A stretch of 32,000 bases of DNA, from the NCBI RefSeq assembly GCF_002945325.1, contig NZ_CP026606.1:180001-212000 (forward strand). Direction: 5' to 3'. This document shows, piece after piece, positions 17,801 to 26,787 of this stretch. Every line of letters begins with the position of its first letter. The first letter of the stretch is position 1. Position numbers and translations under genes: made by a program. A model generated the notes under the pieces. The model had not been told where the DNA came from, made no database searches, and saw only the letters and a program-made list of their open reading frames with translations. Source of the stretch: Methanococcus maripaludis. GTDB taxonomy: Archaea > AGJL01 > Methanococci > Methanococcales > Methanococcaceae.

Positions 17801-18212
17801 AGCCTTCAGAAATTATTTCTGAATTTTCAAGTGTAAACTCATTAACATCTTTAACGAAAATTGTATCAGATGACCAGTTAGCATTCAAGTTTTTAACAGT
17901 AATATTGCTTGAATTGTAGGCGTATATGATATATGGACTGTTTGTAGTATTGGTACTGAAAAACATGTTGTTACAGTCAAGTACAACGTTTTCAGTGTCT
18001 TTAATTATTAATACACTATCATTGCTTGATAATGTGTTATTCTCAAAATCTACAGTTACCTTGTAATCCCCAGATTCATTGATCAATGCAAATACGTGGT
18101 AATCAGTACCATCAATATTTACATCCGTTGGATTTGAATAATCAATATCTACCGCATTAACGCTTCCTAGCGCAAAAAGCAGCAACAAAAATAATAAACA
18201 TTTTTTTATCAT
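14874..18212 (-). CDS. Large secreted surface protein: signal peptide, parallel beta-helix (PbH1/NosD-like) repeats, Ser/Gly linker, Methanococcus S-layer-like C-terminal domain
   Basis: MIKKCLLFLLLLFALGSVNA signal; many NSTISGNNITA coils; SSSHSSSGG linker; AVIVGGPNANGFAKEYND...DYPGENKGIIQVLKV...YTIVYIAGSDRLGTQAALEYF. Confidence 0.85.
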   Translation of the reverse strand: MIKKCLLFLLLLFALGSVNAVDIDYSNPTDVNIDGTDYHVFALINESGDYKVTVDFENNTLSSNDSVLIIKDTENVVLDCNNMFFSTNTTNSPYIIYAYNSSNITVKNLNANWSSDTIFVKDVNEFTLENSEIISEGYSIELQESYGTKILENTFNTMTYDGSIVFDDTIENSTISGNTINMVSTVTVANGIYADEAIINSTIEDNEISINSTVGTAYGIRACWDNITNSTIENNVIDLYSADNNAYGIYSVYNITNNVISGNNITANATEDAYGICSYNEDITNVTIEDNVFDLSSDSETYCIYAGDYIYNTSMAENNITANGYDGSYVIYTDNEDLIGSKIKNNEITIISKEGDAYCIYPFAIISSVISGNTITAYGEDCACGIYACGADLVNSTIESNLFNISSNTEDSECIYTDYNIVNTIISGNTFISESNGYYSYCIYACDNLENSTISENNITVDACEDAYGIYAEDEDMVNTKILGNNIILNSSDNCAYGIFAYKYMENSTISGNNITADSYGEALGIYACQYDMVNITIENNIIDLYAYSYDGYYPNAYGIFAENNIENSAILGNNITAESNENDTYGMDLDYIENSTISINTITVKAYNDTYGMDLYDVLNTTVFENTLTGEYYTSLGIYGNYNKIFNNKIFNNTNDEEEFYSMPYLYSSVCVKGDYNIISSNVLHDAWAYGHIDVYGNNNTISSNTVDYSIYLEGNNATISSNVLHNDKYGDAHMGVYGNNNTISSNTVDDHIWTCGQYTLISSNTVINASRDYAIDPNGYPDLGINAYATIFNNTIRASTIGILLDNCCEDYSNITQNTIYADDYPIIIGDNITGCNIYLNNFIYTGNSSNISEIMPNTTVNNSLVSPFEIEYKYNGNNYSNILGNYWSDYSGTDADSNGIGDTPYLYGCDYERTYGEEYYDIEYLENDTAPLIDMWNGNEIGNYVAPTTPSSSHSSSGGRSYDSDISDEIESKVIKNFVSSAAVIYGNEIDQKFAEELRERIQNANGYKISGNAVIVGGPNANGFAKEYNDQFEMPISNDYPGENKGIIQVLKVQDNTGKIVQSYTIVYIAGSDRLGTQAALEYFKTLDELPEGPIMVEWTENGPKVVE
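16323..17702 (-). repeat. Protein-level tandem repeat array, about 16 units of about 28 aa
   Basis: Residues about 171-630 of the 1112-aa protein, counted by hand; units such as NSTISGNNITADSYGEALGIYACQYDMV / NITIENNIIDLYAYS.... Confidence 0.8.
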
Positions 18213-19330
18213 TGTTCACCCCGAATTGGTATAATGTAATTAAGTTGTAAGTATAGTCAAAAAGTTATATTGCGCAGGGTATATATTTTTATCGGGGGCT
18301 AGATTACAAATAAACTCAGATTAAAGATATATCTTCAAAAAAGTCAGATTTAAACCAGCGTATCTCGTATTAAAATCTTAAAAAAAGACTGACTAAAAAA
18401 TAGACTATTCATTAACTACAAAAACAGAACAATTATAATATTTTTTTAATGTCTTTTAACATCTTATTTTTTAAGATAGTTTAACGGATTTCCAAACATT
18501 TTAAAGGTTTATTTAGTCTTAATTTTTAATAATTTTAAATATTATTAAGTTATGGTGTTATTCAGGGTAAATTCGGATCATAATTGTACAAACTTATCGA
18601 TTTTGAATTTTTACCTTCTGATCCCAATTATTATTTTTTCAAGCGTTCAAATCAGCCATTATGTAAATTTTGAAAGTTTTTGTTCGTTTTTTGACTGCAT
18701 TCATGTAGATTTTTCTTTTGATTTTCAAAAAATCAAAGCGTTTTAATACATTTAAATTGTATTTTTCATCGTTTAATAGTTCTGTAACATTATTTAATCA
18801 GTTTTTACCGTTTTTTACACAGTATATTTTATAAACGCTGTATTTTTGAATAATATAGTGAAATTTTATCATATTTACCAGATCACATTTATACACTTTT
18901 TGTCGAATATACTGCTTTAAATCCTATGCAGTCCAATTTAGTACATGGATAAAATCCTGAATAAGGGCGGAGTAATGAAAAGCTGGCACGGTTTTTTCAT
19001 TCCTTTAAAACCCTCGAATTTTCATTTGCTAATAAAATCACCTGAATTTGTGTTTTACTTTTTTTAAATTTCAATTTAAATAAAAAAATATAAGTTTTCT
19101 CAAATTTTACCTTTTAAACCATCCTCTGCTTTTTTTAACAAATCTTTCAACTGATAAAACTGCTTTTTTTAAAATTGTAGCTTTTGTCAGGTTCTTTACA
19201 ATCCCCGTCATTGTAAATATCCTTAAAAGCTGATTAAAATATTAATTTTTGTTTAAAGTTAAAACAATTAAAAATTTCAAAAAAAATGAACGAATTTAAA
19301 TTTTTAAAAGTAATTTTTTAAATTTTTAAT

Positions 19331-20107
19331 TTATTCTTCAATTGGAATATCCAAAGACATTAAAAATCCAATAATATCTTTATTATTAAAGCTTGATACG
19401 ACCCCGTAAAGGCTTGGAATCATTATCGGTAGAGGGTTGCCATTATTATCTTTAATATGCTGCTGTGGAACAACCAAAGGCTGGAATCTGGAACATATTG
19501 CATGGGCATGACCAGTTTCTGTTGCAATAATTGGCCCACCACTATTTCCATAATTTAGTGCTTTATCAAGTACATAATTTTTCGGCCCTGCTGCACCCAT
19601 ATTTGTATCAAAATTCGATGAAATTATTGCAGATGTAACCCGCGGACTCAATTTTGTATATCCAATCTCACCAGATTTTATTATTCCATAGCTTGACAGA
19701 GGATATCCAAAAGAATACACCTCATCACCCATTTCAAGACGTCCTGTTGAAACTTTTATAAATGGAAATTCAGTTTTTTTGTCAAGCCATTCTTTATCAG
19801 AATTTTTTTCAAAATCTACTTTTAATAAAGCAATATCCAATCCTGGAAAAATGGGCCCAGGGGATACATACTGACAGATTTTTTTAGGATCCTTTGCATT
19901 TTGTTCTTTTATCAAAAATGCTCTATCCAAATCTTTTCTTAAATATCCCTTTTTATCCATAACCACGTGTGCGGCAGTTACAAACCAGCCCTCTGGAGAT
20001 ATAAAAAAGCCAGTTCCTGCAGGAGTGGGCATCCCCCCTGCTTTTCCATTAGGCAATTCAATACAAAAAGTAGCAGCCATGACGTTTGAAAGTGTATTTT
20101 TTATCAC
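19331..20107 (-). CDS. Trypsin-like serine protease (S1/HtrA-like fold), no signal peptide
   Basis: Catalytic triad contexts VTAAHVV, GLDIALLKV, NYGNSGGPI; GTG start after GGGGGAG. Confidence 0.88.
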   Translation of the reverse strand: MIKNTLSNVMAATFCIELPNGKAGGMPTPAGTGFFISPEGWFVTAAHVVMDKKGYLRKDLDRAFLIKEQNAKDPKKICQYVSPGPIFPGLDIALLKVDFEKNSDKEWLDKKTEFPFIKVSTGRLEMGDEVYSFGYPLSSYGIIKSGEIGYTKLSPRVTSAIISSNFDTNMGAAGPKNYVLDKALNYGNSGGPIIATETGHAHAICSRFQPLVVPQQHIKDNNGNPLPIMIPSLYGVVSSFNNKDIIGFLMSLDIPIEE

Positions 20108-20210
20108 AATTACTCCCCCGATTATTCATAATATTAATTATTTCAATAGAAATTTAAAAACCTTTTTTAATTATGGATATAGGCAAAATTAAAATTTCAA
20201 AAAACGTAAT

Positions 20211-20569
20211 TTAAATCTTAAATAATATTTCTTCCTCAAAATTCTGAGATATGTAACAAAAAGACTGCGGAGCCCTAAAATCAGGATTTATATCTTTAGG
20301 ATTAACCGGATTTTCAAATTCATTTAATTTGTTTATTTGAATTGCGTATCCCTTATCTTTTTCTTTGAAATATTTGAAAAATTCTGATTCTTTTATCCCT
20401 GAAACATTTTTAAATTCGTTCCAGAGGATTTTTGGGCAGTTTTCAATTATATCTCCAACAATGAATGTTCCAACAATTCGTTTTTATCATAGTTTTTAAA
20501 GATTGATTTTTTAGAGCCTTTTAATATTTCTTTAACATATTTTGGCTTAATGGATAGTAAGATTGTCAT
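20211..20569 (-). pseudogene. Degraded ASCH/PUA-like domain gene
   Basis: Starts MTILLSIKPKYVKEILKGSKK (ATG 20569), then loses frame; remainder KRIVGTFIVGDIIENCPKILWNEFKNVSGIKESEFFKYFKEKDKGYAIQINKLNEFENPVNPKDINPDFRAPQSFCYISQNFEEEILFKI* in another frame. Confidence 0.72.
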
Positions 20570-22064
20570 TAATTCCGCCCAAGTCCCTTATTTTTTCGTA
20601 AGCGCCATGCGTTATTTCTGTAATTGTTTGAGGCGGTCCTTTTAATATATTGTTCTCTTTTAAAACATTTAATGATATCGGAGACTTTAAGTGCAGGTGC
20701 ATAGTAAATATCATAACGTTTGCAGGTTTTTTGACCATTTCTTCAATTTCCCTTGAAGAATAAACTGTTCTCTTACCTACCAGGTTCATAATCTCTTCAG
20801 GGCTTGTTAAATTTGTTTTAAATTCTTCCAATACTCCCAACGAAGTAATTTCCTTATGGTCTTCTGATCTATAAAATAATAAAATATCCCCCTTTTTTAG
20901 ATTTTTTATCGGGCTGTGCGAGATATATGCTTTTTTTATAGTATTTCCTTCAATTATAAAATCCCCAAAATACTCGTTTAATGATATAGAAGTTCTTTTT
21001 ACATAATCAGTAAACAGTTTTTCGTGGTATTGGGGCCTTATTGGAACAACAAGCTTTTTGACTCGATTTCCATCGTAAAAAAGAGGATAGTATTTTTTGA
21101 AAATGTCTTTGTAATCGCAAAACATTAATTGATTGGGTGTCGGATTAAGATCCTTAAAAAATACATTTTCACCATTTTCATTGGTTCCTATGTCAATAAA
21201 CCCATATTCAGTTATTAAATTAACAATATAATCAAACTCTGATTTCGCAAAATGCGTTAAATACGTTTCAGTCATGGAATTATCAATGCAGTAATCAAAA
21301 GCTTTTTTAAGTAACAATTCTCCCAGTTTATATCCAACTTGATCAACTTTGAAGGTACATATCTTAAAACGCCTTTTTTCAGGTAAAATGGGGTCTTTTT
21401 TAATAACGTTAAAATCTTCACCATTAAATATCAGAACAGCTCCAAGTTTGCCAGATTCTTTGAAGTAGCACCAGCATTCCCTACCAAGACGTGCTTTTTC
21501 ATTGTACCAGTCGTTAAATTCAGGATATTCTTCACGCAATGAATCAAATATCGGGTCATCTACATTTACCTTGATTATAGGGCGCTGTTTAATTTGTGGC
21601 AAGATCTGCCTTTTTTGAATAGAATAAAACTCTTTAAAAAAATCTAAAGCTTCATTTAAATATAAAATACGGTCTTTTAATCCGAGTTTTGTTGATTTCT
21701 GGTGTATCATCCTGTTTTCAGTTATGAGGTATGTTACGTAATTCGTATAAACTGCATACAGGAGGTGGTTTTCAAGGTCGTTATTCGTTCCTTTAAGGTA
21801 TCCAACATTAGTATTAAATTCTAAATCATTCATTGGTAATGGATAATCATTTAAAAGAGCGCAAAAAGCCAGTTTTGAGAGTAAAATCCGTTTGGTATCT
21901 TCGTCTAACGTGTTTAAGTATTCGATAGATTTAGGATGTTTCAAAAGAATCGATTTTGGATTAAGTCTTCGCGATAATTCATTTAATTTTCTGGAAATAT
22001 CCGAATAATCTTCAAAACTGGAAAAAATGTTTGTATCTAACAGCACTCTCAAATTATCCCCCAT
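20547..22064 (-). CDS. Multidomain protein: PIN-like N-terminus, GNAT acetyltransferase-like middle, PUA/ASCH/EVE-like C-terminus
   Basis: MGDNLRVLLDTNIFSSFED (PIN); FKICTFKVDQVGYKLGELLLKKAFDYCIDNSMTETYLTHFAK (GNAT); LKKGDILLFYRSEDHKEITSLGVLEEFKTN ... GPPQTITEITHGAYEKI (PUA-like). Confidence 0.75.
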   Translation of the reverse strand: MGDNLRVLLDTNIFSSFEDYSDISRKLNELSRRLNPKSILLKHPKSIEYLNTLDEDTKRILLSKLAFCALLNDYPLPMNDLEFNTNVGYLKGTNNDLENHLLYAVYTNYVTYLITENRMIHQKSTKLGLKDRILYLNEALDFFKEFYSIQKRQILPQIKQRPIIKVNVDDPIFDSLREEYPEFNDWYNEKARLGRECWCYFKESGKLGAVLIFNGEDFNVIKKDPILPEKRRFKICTFKVDQVGYKLGELLLKKAFDYCIDNSMTETYLTHFAKSEFDYIVNLITEYGFIDIGTNENGENVFFKDLNPTPNQLMFCDYKDIFKKYYPLFYDGNRVKKLVVPIRPQYHEKLFTDYVKRTSISLNEYFGDFIIEGNTIKKAYISHSPIKNLKKGDILLFYRSEDHKEITSLGVLEEFKTNLTSPEEIMNLVGKRTVYSSREIEEMVKKPANVMIFTMHLHLKSPISLNVLKENNILKGPPQTITEITHGAYEKIRDLGGINDNLTIH

Positions 22065-22135
22065 ATAATAAGATTATAGTATATTATGTTCCCAAAATAT
22101 TAATTTTTTTCGATAAGGGATAAGGGTTAATTGAA

Positions 22136-22227
22136 GTTAAATTTCAAGTCCAATGGCTTAAAATTGAGCTACGCGAAAAAGAGGTATATTTTACCATTTG
22201 GTCTTTTTGAGGTATGCTTTAAAATCG
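22136..22227. repeat. 92-nt imperfect direct repeat, copy 1 (covers 5' end of WYL-like gene)
   Basis: GTTAAATTTCAAGTCCAATGG-CTTAAAATTGAGCT...GGTATGCTTTAAAATCG, matches 30465..30556. Confidence 0.85.
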
Positions 22228-22494
22228 GCAATAAAATGTAAAAAAACAGTTACTTTTAAGTACGAGGGTCTGCCAAGAGTAGTTGAACCGCATATGATTG
22301 CAATAACCGATACTGGAAAATGGATTTTAAAAGCATTTCAAACATGGACCTTTGATTCAAGAAATCGGCCTGATTGGAAGTTTTTTTCAATTCCAAATAT
22401 CAAAGATATAATTGTGATGAACAAATCTTTTGAATCTAAAAGAGATTTTGAAAAAAACCAGTTTTACATTGATAAAATAATAATGCAAGTTTAA
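22198..22494 (+). CDS. WYL-domain-like protein (small)
   Basis: KSAIKCKKTVTFKYEGLPRVVEPHMIAITDTGKWILKAFQTW...WKFFSIPNIKDIIVM; listed start is TTG and the frame opens after a stop at 22165-22167. Confidence 0.65.
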   Translation: MVFLRYALKSAIKCKKTVTFKYEGLPRVVEPHMIAITDTGKWILKAFQTWTFDSRNRPDWKFFSIPNIKDIIVMNKSFESKRDFEKNQFYIDKIIMQV

Positions 22495-22789
22495 AATGCA
22501 TTATTTCTTTTTTTCCAATTTAACCCAATATATTGGTTTTGATTACCCTAAACGTTTAAGTAATCCCGATTTCAAAAAGTATATTTGCCCAAGGTGGGAA
22601 AGATCTTGGGAAATGGGATGTATATTGCATCTGTTGATAAAATCGTTCCATACACCATTAAAGCAGTTCAATATTGGGGAGTTTTGAACTGTTCCGATCT
22701 TTTTTTAAATTTTTTCAAAAAATTTTTCAAAAACTACATTTTTGGACTATTTAAATTTTAAAATGTAAATGCAATATCTTCCATTTTCG

Positions 22790-23695
22790 TTATTTTGTTA
22801 ATACGTCGTTTCGACCTGTTGAAATATTGTAATATATCCCAATACCTCTTGAAAGCCATAAAAAAATTGTAAAACATACAAACGAATTTACGTAAAGCGC
22901 AGGAATCCAAAATATCTGCCAACTCAAAAAATTCGGGTCAGTTATTAAATTTGGGTTTGCTACAACTTTATCAATAACTAATTCGATGAGATAACCTATC
23001 AATAATTCAAATATACTGTATATACATATTAAAAGAAATGATGCAGCTAAATAATTGATATATTCTTTAGAATAGAGTTTAAAAGACTTTTTAACGTTAA
23101 AAAGCGCTAAAAATTTATTTTTTTCAATGTAATTCAATGTCCCAAGGGGTATATACATCCACGAGAGAAACGAGCAAATATATGGTAAATTCGAAAGAAT
23201 GCCCAAATCAGGTAAATTTAGAACGATTTGCGCAAGTAATATCATGTAAAAAGGACTTTGAAAAATTATTCCAATTATAAACAGTCCAATCGTGTAAATA
23301 ACGCCGTATTTTAGTAACTCTAAAACACCCGTCCAGTCAGGTATATTTTGACTATTTATCGTATATTTTATGGTTTTAAGCCAGTAGCCGTTAATCAAAA
23401 ATGTCAATAAAATGCTAAAAATAAAGAAAAATCCAAAAACTGCCCCAGATATAATTAAAAGTACATCAGTTGTTATATTTAAGTTATTTTTAAAAATATC
23501 AATTAAAAAGTTTGATTCAGAGGTTATTGTGCTTCCGAGGATAACAAAAAACACAAACAAACTAAGAAAGCTGAATAATATAAAAATAGAACTTAAAAAA
23601 TGCACCGTACTTCCAAAAATCAAATTTTTTGGATTTGAAAAAACATCCAAGGCTGGGCCTTTTATATAGTTTGTATAAATTTCGTTTACGCTCAT
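22790..23695 (-). CDS. DUF4013-like integral membrane protein
   Basis: Multi-TM; NPKNLIFGST, NGYWLKTIKYTINSQNIPDWTGVLELLKYGVIYTIGLFI, and TLNYIEKNKFLALFNVKKSFKL. Confidence 0.6.
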   Translation of the reverse strand: MSVNEIYTNYIKGPALDVFSNPKNLIFGSTVHFLSSIFILFSFLSLFVFFVILGSTITSESNFLIDIFKNNLNITTDVLLIISGAVFGFFFIFSILLTFLINGYWLKTIKYTINSQNIPDWTGVLELLKYGVIYTIGLFIIGIIFQSPFYMILLAQIVLNLPDLGILSNLPYICSFLSWMYIPLGTLNYIEKNKFLALFNVKKSFKLYSKEYINYLAASFLLICIYSIFELLIGYLIELVIDKVVANPNLITDPNFLSWQIFWIPALYVNSFVCFTIFLWLSRGIGIYYNISTGRNDVLTK

Positions 23696-23791
23696 TTTAA
23701 AACCAAAAAACGGAAATGAAAGGATTTTAAATATTTTAACGGTACTTTCATCTTTTTGCTTAATTACTTTTTCATGATTTATTATTAATAT

Positions 23792-25015
23792 TTATTCACT
23801 TCTAAGCGCATCAACAGGTTTTAATTTTGACGCGTTGTATGCAGGAACTGCACCTGCTAAAATGCCCGCACCTATTGAAACGACCAATGCAACGACAACT
23901 GATTTTATGCTCACATAAAATTCAAAAGGTGTTCCAAACTTCAATGCTATTACATAGGTAATAACCTGTGTAATTAAAACCCCTATTAAAAGGCCTAAAA
24001 ATCCTCCTGCAAGGCCAATAAGACCAGAATTAAACAGGAACAGTAATAATATATCCTCGTTTTTTGCCCCGATTGCTTTCATGATGCCTATTTCTTTTGT
24101 TTTTTCTAAAACTGCTGTGAACATGGTATTTGAAATTCCAAATGCCCCAACTATCAGGGATATTCCAGCAATAAAGGATAGGAACAGGGTTATTCCACCA
24201 ATAATAGATTGGGAACTTTCAATAAATGATTTTGCAGAAGATATGTAGAAATCTTGATTTTTTTCAGTAACGTGTCTTGAAGTTCTCAGTTTCTGTTCAA
24301 TGTCCTGAACTGCTGCATCGGTATCTACATTTTCTTTTAATTTAATTTCCAAGCTGTCATACGTCCCACGTTCTTTAGGCACGCTGTAGTCTGAATCCTG
24401 CTCAATGTCGTAGACAGAGTCTAACGGGGCGTAAATTCCTCCCGAAAATAAACTCGCAAGTCCACTTGAATCATTATCAAGTATTCCAATAACCCTGAAT
24501 GATTTATTTCCAATTTTTATAATCTGGTTAATATTTATTTTACGGTTAAATTCTTCATTTGCAAGGTAATTATTGATTACAACAACGTTTTTATCGCCAG
24601 GCTGGAGCATTCTTCCAGTTTCAACCTTTTCTTGTGTTATTTTTGGCCAGACTGCTGGATCAACTCCTGTTATCTGCGAATACAATTCTTTATCTCCATA
24701 AGAAATCTTTGAATAAGAAGTTACTCGTTTGTCAACGTATTTAACCGAAGGTATCCCTTTGATTACAAGTACATCCGTTTTTGTTAGTTCCGGTGTTTTG
24801 CTGCTTGTTTCAGTCGTTATCGCATATACAGAAATTACATCTCCACCAAGTTTTTCAAGTTCATGTGTCACTTGCTTTTCCATTAATTCTCCTGCTGAGA
24901 TTATTGTAATTACCGATGCAACCGCAACCACTACGCCAATAATAGTAATCCAGCTCCTTAATTTACTCCCCTTTACCATATTAAAGGCAAGTTTAAAAAT
25001 TTTTGAGGGTTTCAT
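23792..25015 (-). CDS. ABC transporter permease, MacB/FtsX type
   Basis: RSWITIIGVVVAVASVITIISAGELMEKQV; GAFGISNTMFTAVLEKTKEIGIMKAIGAKNEDILLLFLF. Confidence 0.92.
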   Translation of the reverse strand: MKPSKIFKLAFNMVKGSKLRSWITIIGVVVAVASVITIISAGELMEKQVTHELEKLGGDVISVYAITTETSSKTPELTKTDVLVIKGIPSVKYVDKRVTSYSKISYGDKELYSQITGVDPAVWPKITQEKVETGRMLQPGDKNVVVINNYLANEEFNRKININQIIKIGNKSFRVIGILDNDSSGLASLFSGGIYAPLDSVYDIEQDSDYSVPKERGTYDSLEIKLKENVDTDAAVQDIEQKLRTSRHVTEKNQDFYISSAKSFIESSQSIIGGITLFLSFIAGISLIVGAFGISNTMFTAVLEKTKEIGIMKAIGAKNEDILLLFLFNSGLIGLAGGFLGLLIGVLITQVITYVIALKFGTPFEFYVSIKSVVVALVVSIGAGILAGAVPAYNASKLKPVDALRSE

Positions 25016-25027
25016 AACTCAGTCCCC

Positions 25028-26287
25028 CTATTCTTTTTTAGCAGATTTGATTTTTTTGAGAATTTTACGGATTATGAAGATGCCCAAAATTAATATTGCA
25101 ATTATAACGATTCCTGCCATTATTAAATATCCTGTAAATCCGCCTTTTCCCGAATCAGCTTGATTAATGTATGTAAGTGCTGCATTTGAGTTTGAAACAA
25201 GGATTTCTTTTTCTACTACTTTTCTATTTCCTTCGTTTGACGTGTAGTATGCTTCAACTTTAATTGGGATTTCGGACTGGTTTGAACTGTCAGCCAAGAG
25301 GTTAAAACTTGCATAAGTATAATCTCCCGCATCCAAATTCCCAATTATTGCATTATTTGACCCAATTATGGTCCAGCCGTCCTGTTTTGGAATATACATC
25401 GATACAGATTTTGTATCACTGTTTCCAACGTTCATTATTGAAAACGTATATGAATCGTCTAAATTTTCTGAAAATGCTATTTCAAAATCAGCCTTTTCTA
25501 AAATGTGAATACCTGCATCCTGAATAATATTTTTTTCAGAGCTGTTGATTGTATCTTCGTAGTTTAAGTACATATTTATCTTGTATAATCCAGGTTCTAT
25601 GTCAGAACCTGCCATAACATCGTAATCTAAATTTACGGCCTGATTTACACCAATATATTTTACAAATCTTGTATTTCCAGAACCAAGTGGCAGTATTTTA
25701 TTTTCTGGCGTATCCCATGAAAATGTTAAATCTTTTAATGGCGCAGAACCTGCATTTTTTATGGTAAATGTGAGTTTGGAGTTTTCTCCAGGGTTTAATT
25801 CTGAGGTGCTGAGCATAACTTCTGCATTTTCTTTATTTCCAACATCTACAGTTAATTCGGTTTTATAACCCGTTTTAGTTAAATCTCCTTTTTTATAAAG
25901 TAATACTTTTAAAGGATAGTTTCCAGAGGTTACTTCTTCATTTACACGTAATTTAAATGCTGTAATAATTATTTCTTTGTCATCGTCTTGGTATTTATCT
26001 AAAAAGCCAATTTCTTTGGATAATTCCTCACCCGCGACTTTTTGGAATGGGTATGAAGGATCAAGTTCTAATATGTAGTCTCCAGCAGATTTTCCGCCTT
26101 CATTTTTAACGCCGATTCTAACTTCAAAAATGTCTCCACCAACTGCAGGAGTCGGGTCCTGATTTACAAGATTAATAGAAACTAACGAAATGTCTGAAAT
26201 TGATGTTTCTGCGTAAACCGGTGCCATTGCTACTGAAAGCAACATTAAAAGTGTTATAGAGGATATTATTATTTTTTTAAAGCTCAT
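25028..26287 (-). CDS. Secreted CARDB/COG1361-like protein with C-terminal TM
   Basis: Signal peptide; repeated VGVKNEGGKSAGDY, FTIKNAGSAPLKDL, SIMNVGNSDTKSV beta-sandwich motifs; C-terminal TM then Lys tail. Confidence 0.85.
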   Translation of the reverse strand: MSFKKIIISSITLLMLLSVAMAPVYAETSISDISLVSINLVNQDPTPAVGGDIFEVRIGVKNEGGKSAGDYILELDPSYPFQKVAGEELSKEIGFLDKYQDDDKEIIITAFKLRVNEEVTSGNYPLKVLLYKKGDLTKTGYKTELTVDVGNKENAEVMLSTSELNPGENSKLTFTIKNAGSAPLKDLTFSWDTPENKILPLGSGNTRFVKYIGVNQAVNLDYDVMAGSDIEPGLYKINMYLNYEDTINSSEKNIIQDAGIHILEKADFEIAFSENLDDSYTFSIMNVGNSDTKSVSMYIPKQDGWTIIGSNNAIIGNLDAGDYTYASFNLLADSSNQSEIPIKVEAYYTSNEGNRKVVEKEILVSNSNAALTYINQADSGKGGFTGYLIMAGIVIIAILILGIFIIRKILKKIKSAKKE

Positions 26288-26297
26288 TTACTCACCA

Positions 26298-26780
26298 TTA
26301 GAATTTAAACAGTTTTTTATTTTTTTCAAAGTAGAATATTACGCAAATATTAAAAATCAGGAGAAATACGTATTTTAAAAAGGTTATTGCATAAAGTAAT
26401 TCTGCAGAGCTGTTTAAGCCATACAATATGTGATAATTCTCAATTAAACTGTGAATTACTTCATTTAACGGGTATTTCATTTCATAAACCATCTGAATAA
26501 TTATCGAAAAGTTCAGTAACCCCTGAAAAAACATCCAACTTACAACCAATTCGAGTGCGTACAACTTTCTGTCACTAATTCCAAGTAAAATTACTGCCCA
26601 AAGAATACATAACAATCCTCCAACAATTTTTGAAAAGATTCCCTGGAGTATCAATGTTCCAAACAGTAATTTACCATCAAAAATCGAATAAACTGCTAGC
26701 AAAAGGTTGATGATAAATATTATGTAGATAAATCTCATCAAATAGGGTAGTTTGGTTCGATCAATGATTTTAATATGCAT
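26298..26780 (-). CDS. Hypothetical integral membrane protein
   Basis: Four hydrophobic segments, inside a same-strand operon. Confidence 0.65.
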   Translation of the reverse strand: MHIKIIDRTKLPYLMRFIYIIFIINLLLAVYSIFDGKLLFGTLILQGIFSKIVGGLLCILWAVILLGISDRKLYALELVVSWMFFQGLLNFSIIIQMVYEMKYPLNEVIHSLIENYHILYGLNSSAELLYAITFLKYVFLLIFNICVIFYFEKNKKLFKF

Positions 26781-26787
26781 AATTCCC

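Noticed and set aside
18552-18746. 64-aa plus-strand ORF in the large intergenic region
   Set aside because: Phe/Ser-rich, no convincing coding pattern, no SD; likely chance open frame.
22496-22687. 63-aa ORF after the WYL-like gene
   Set aside because: Short, no family signal; might be a relic but nothing supports a call.
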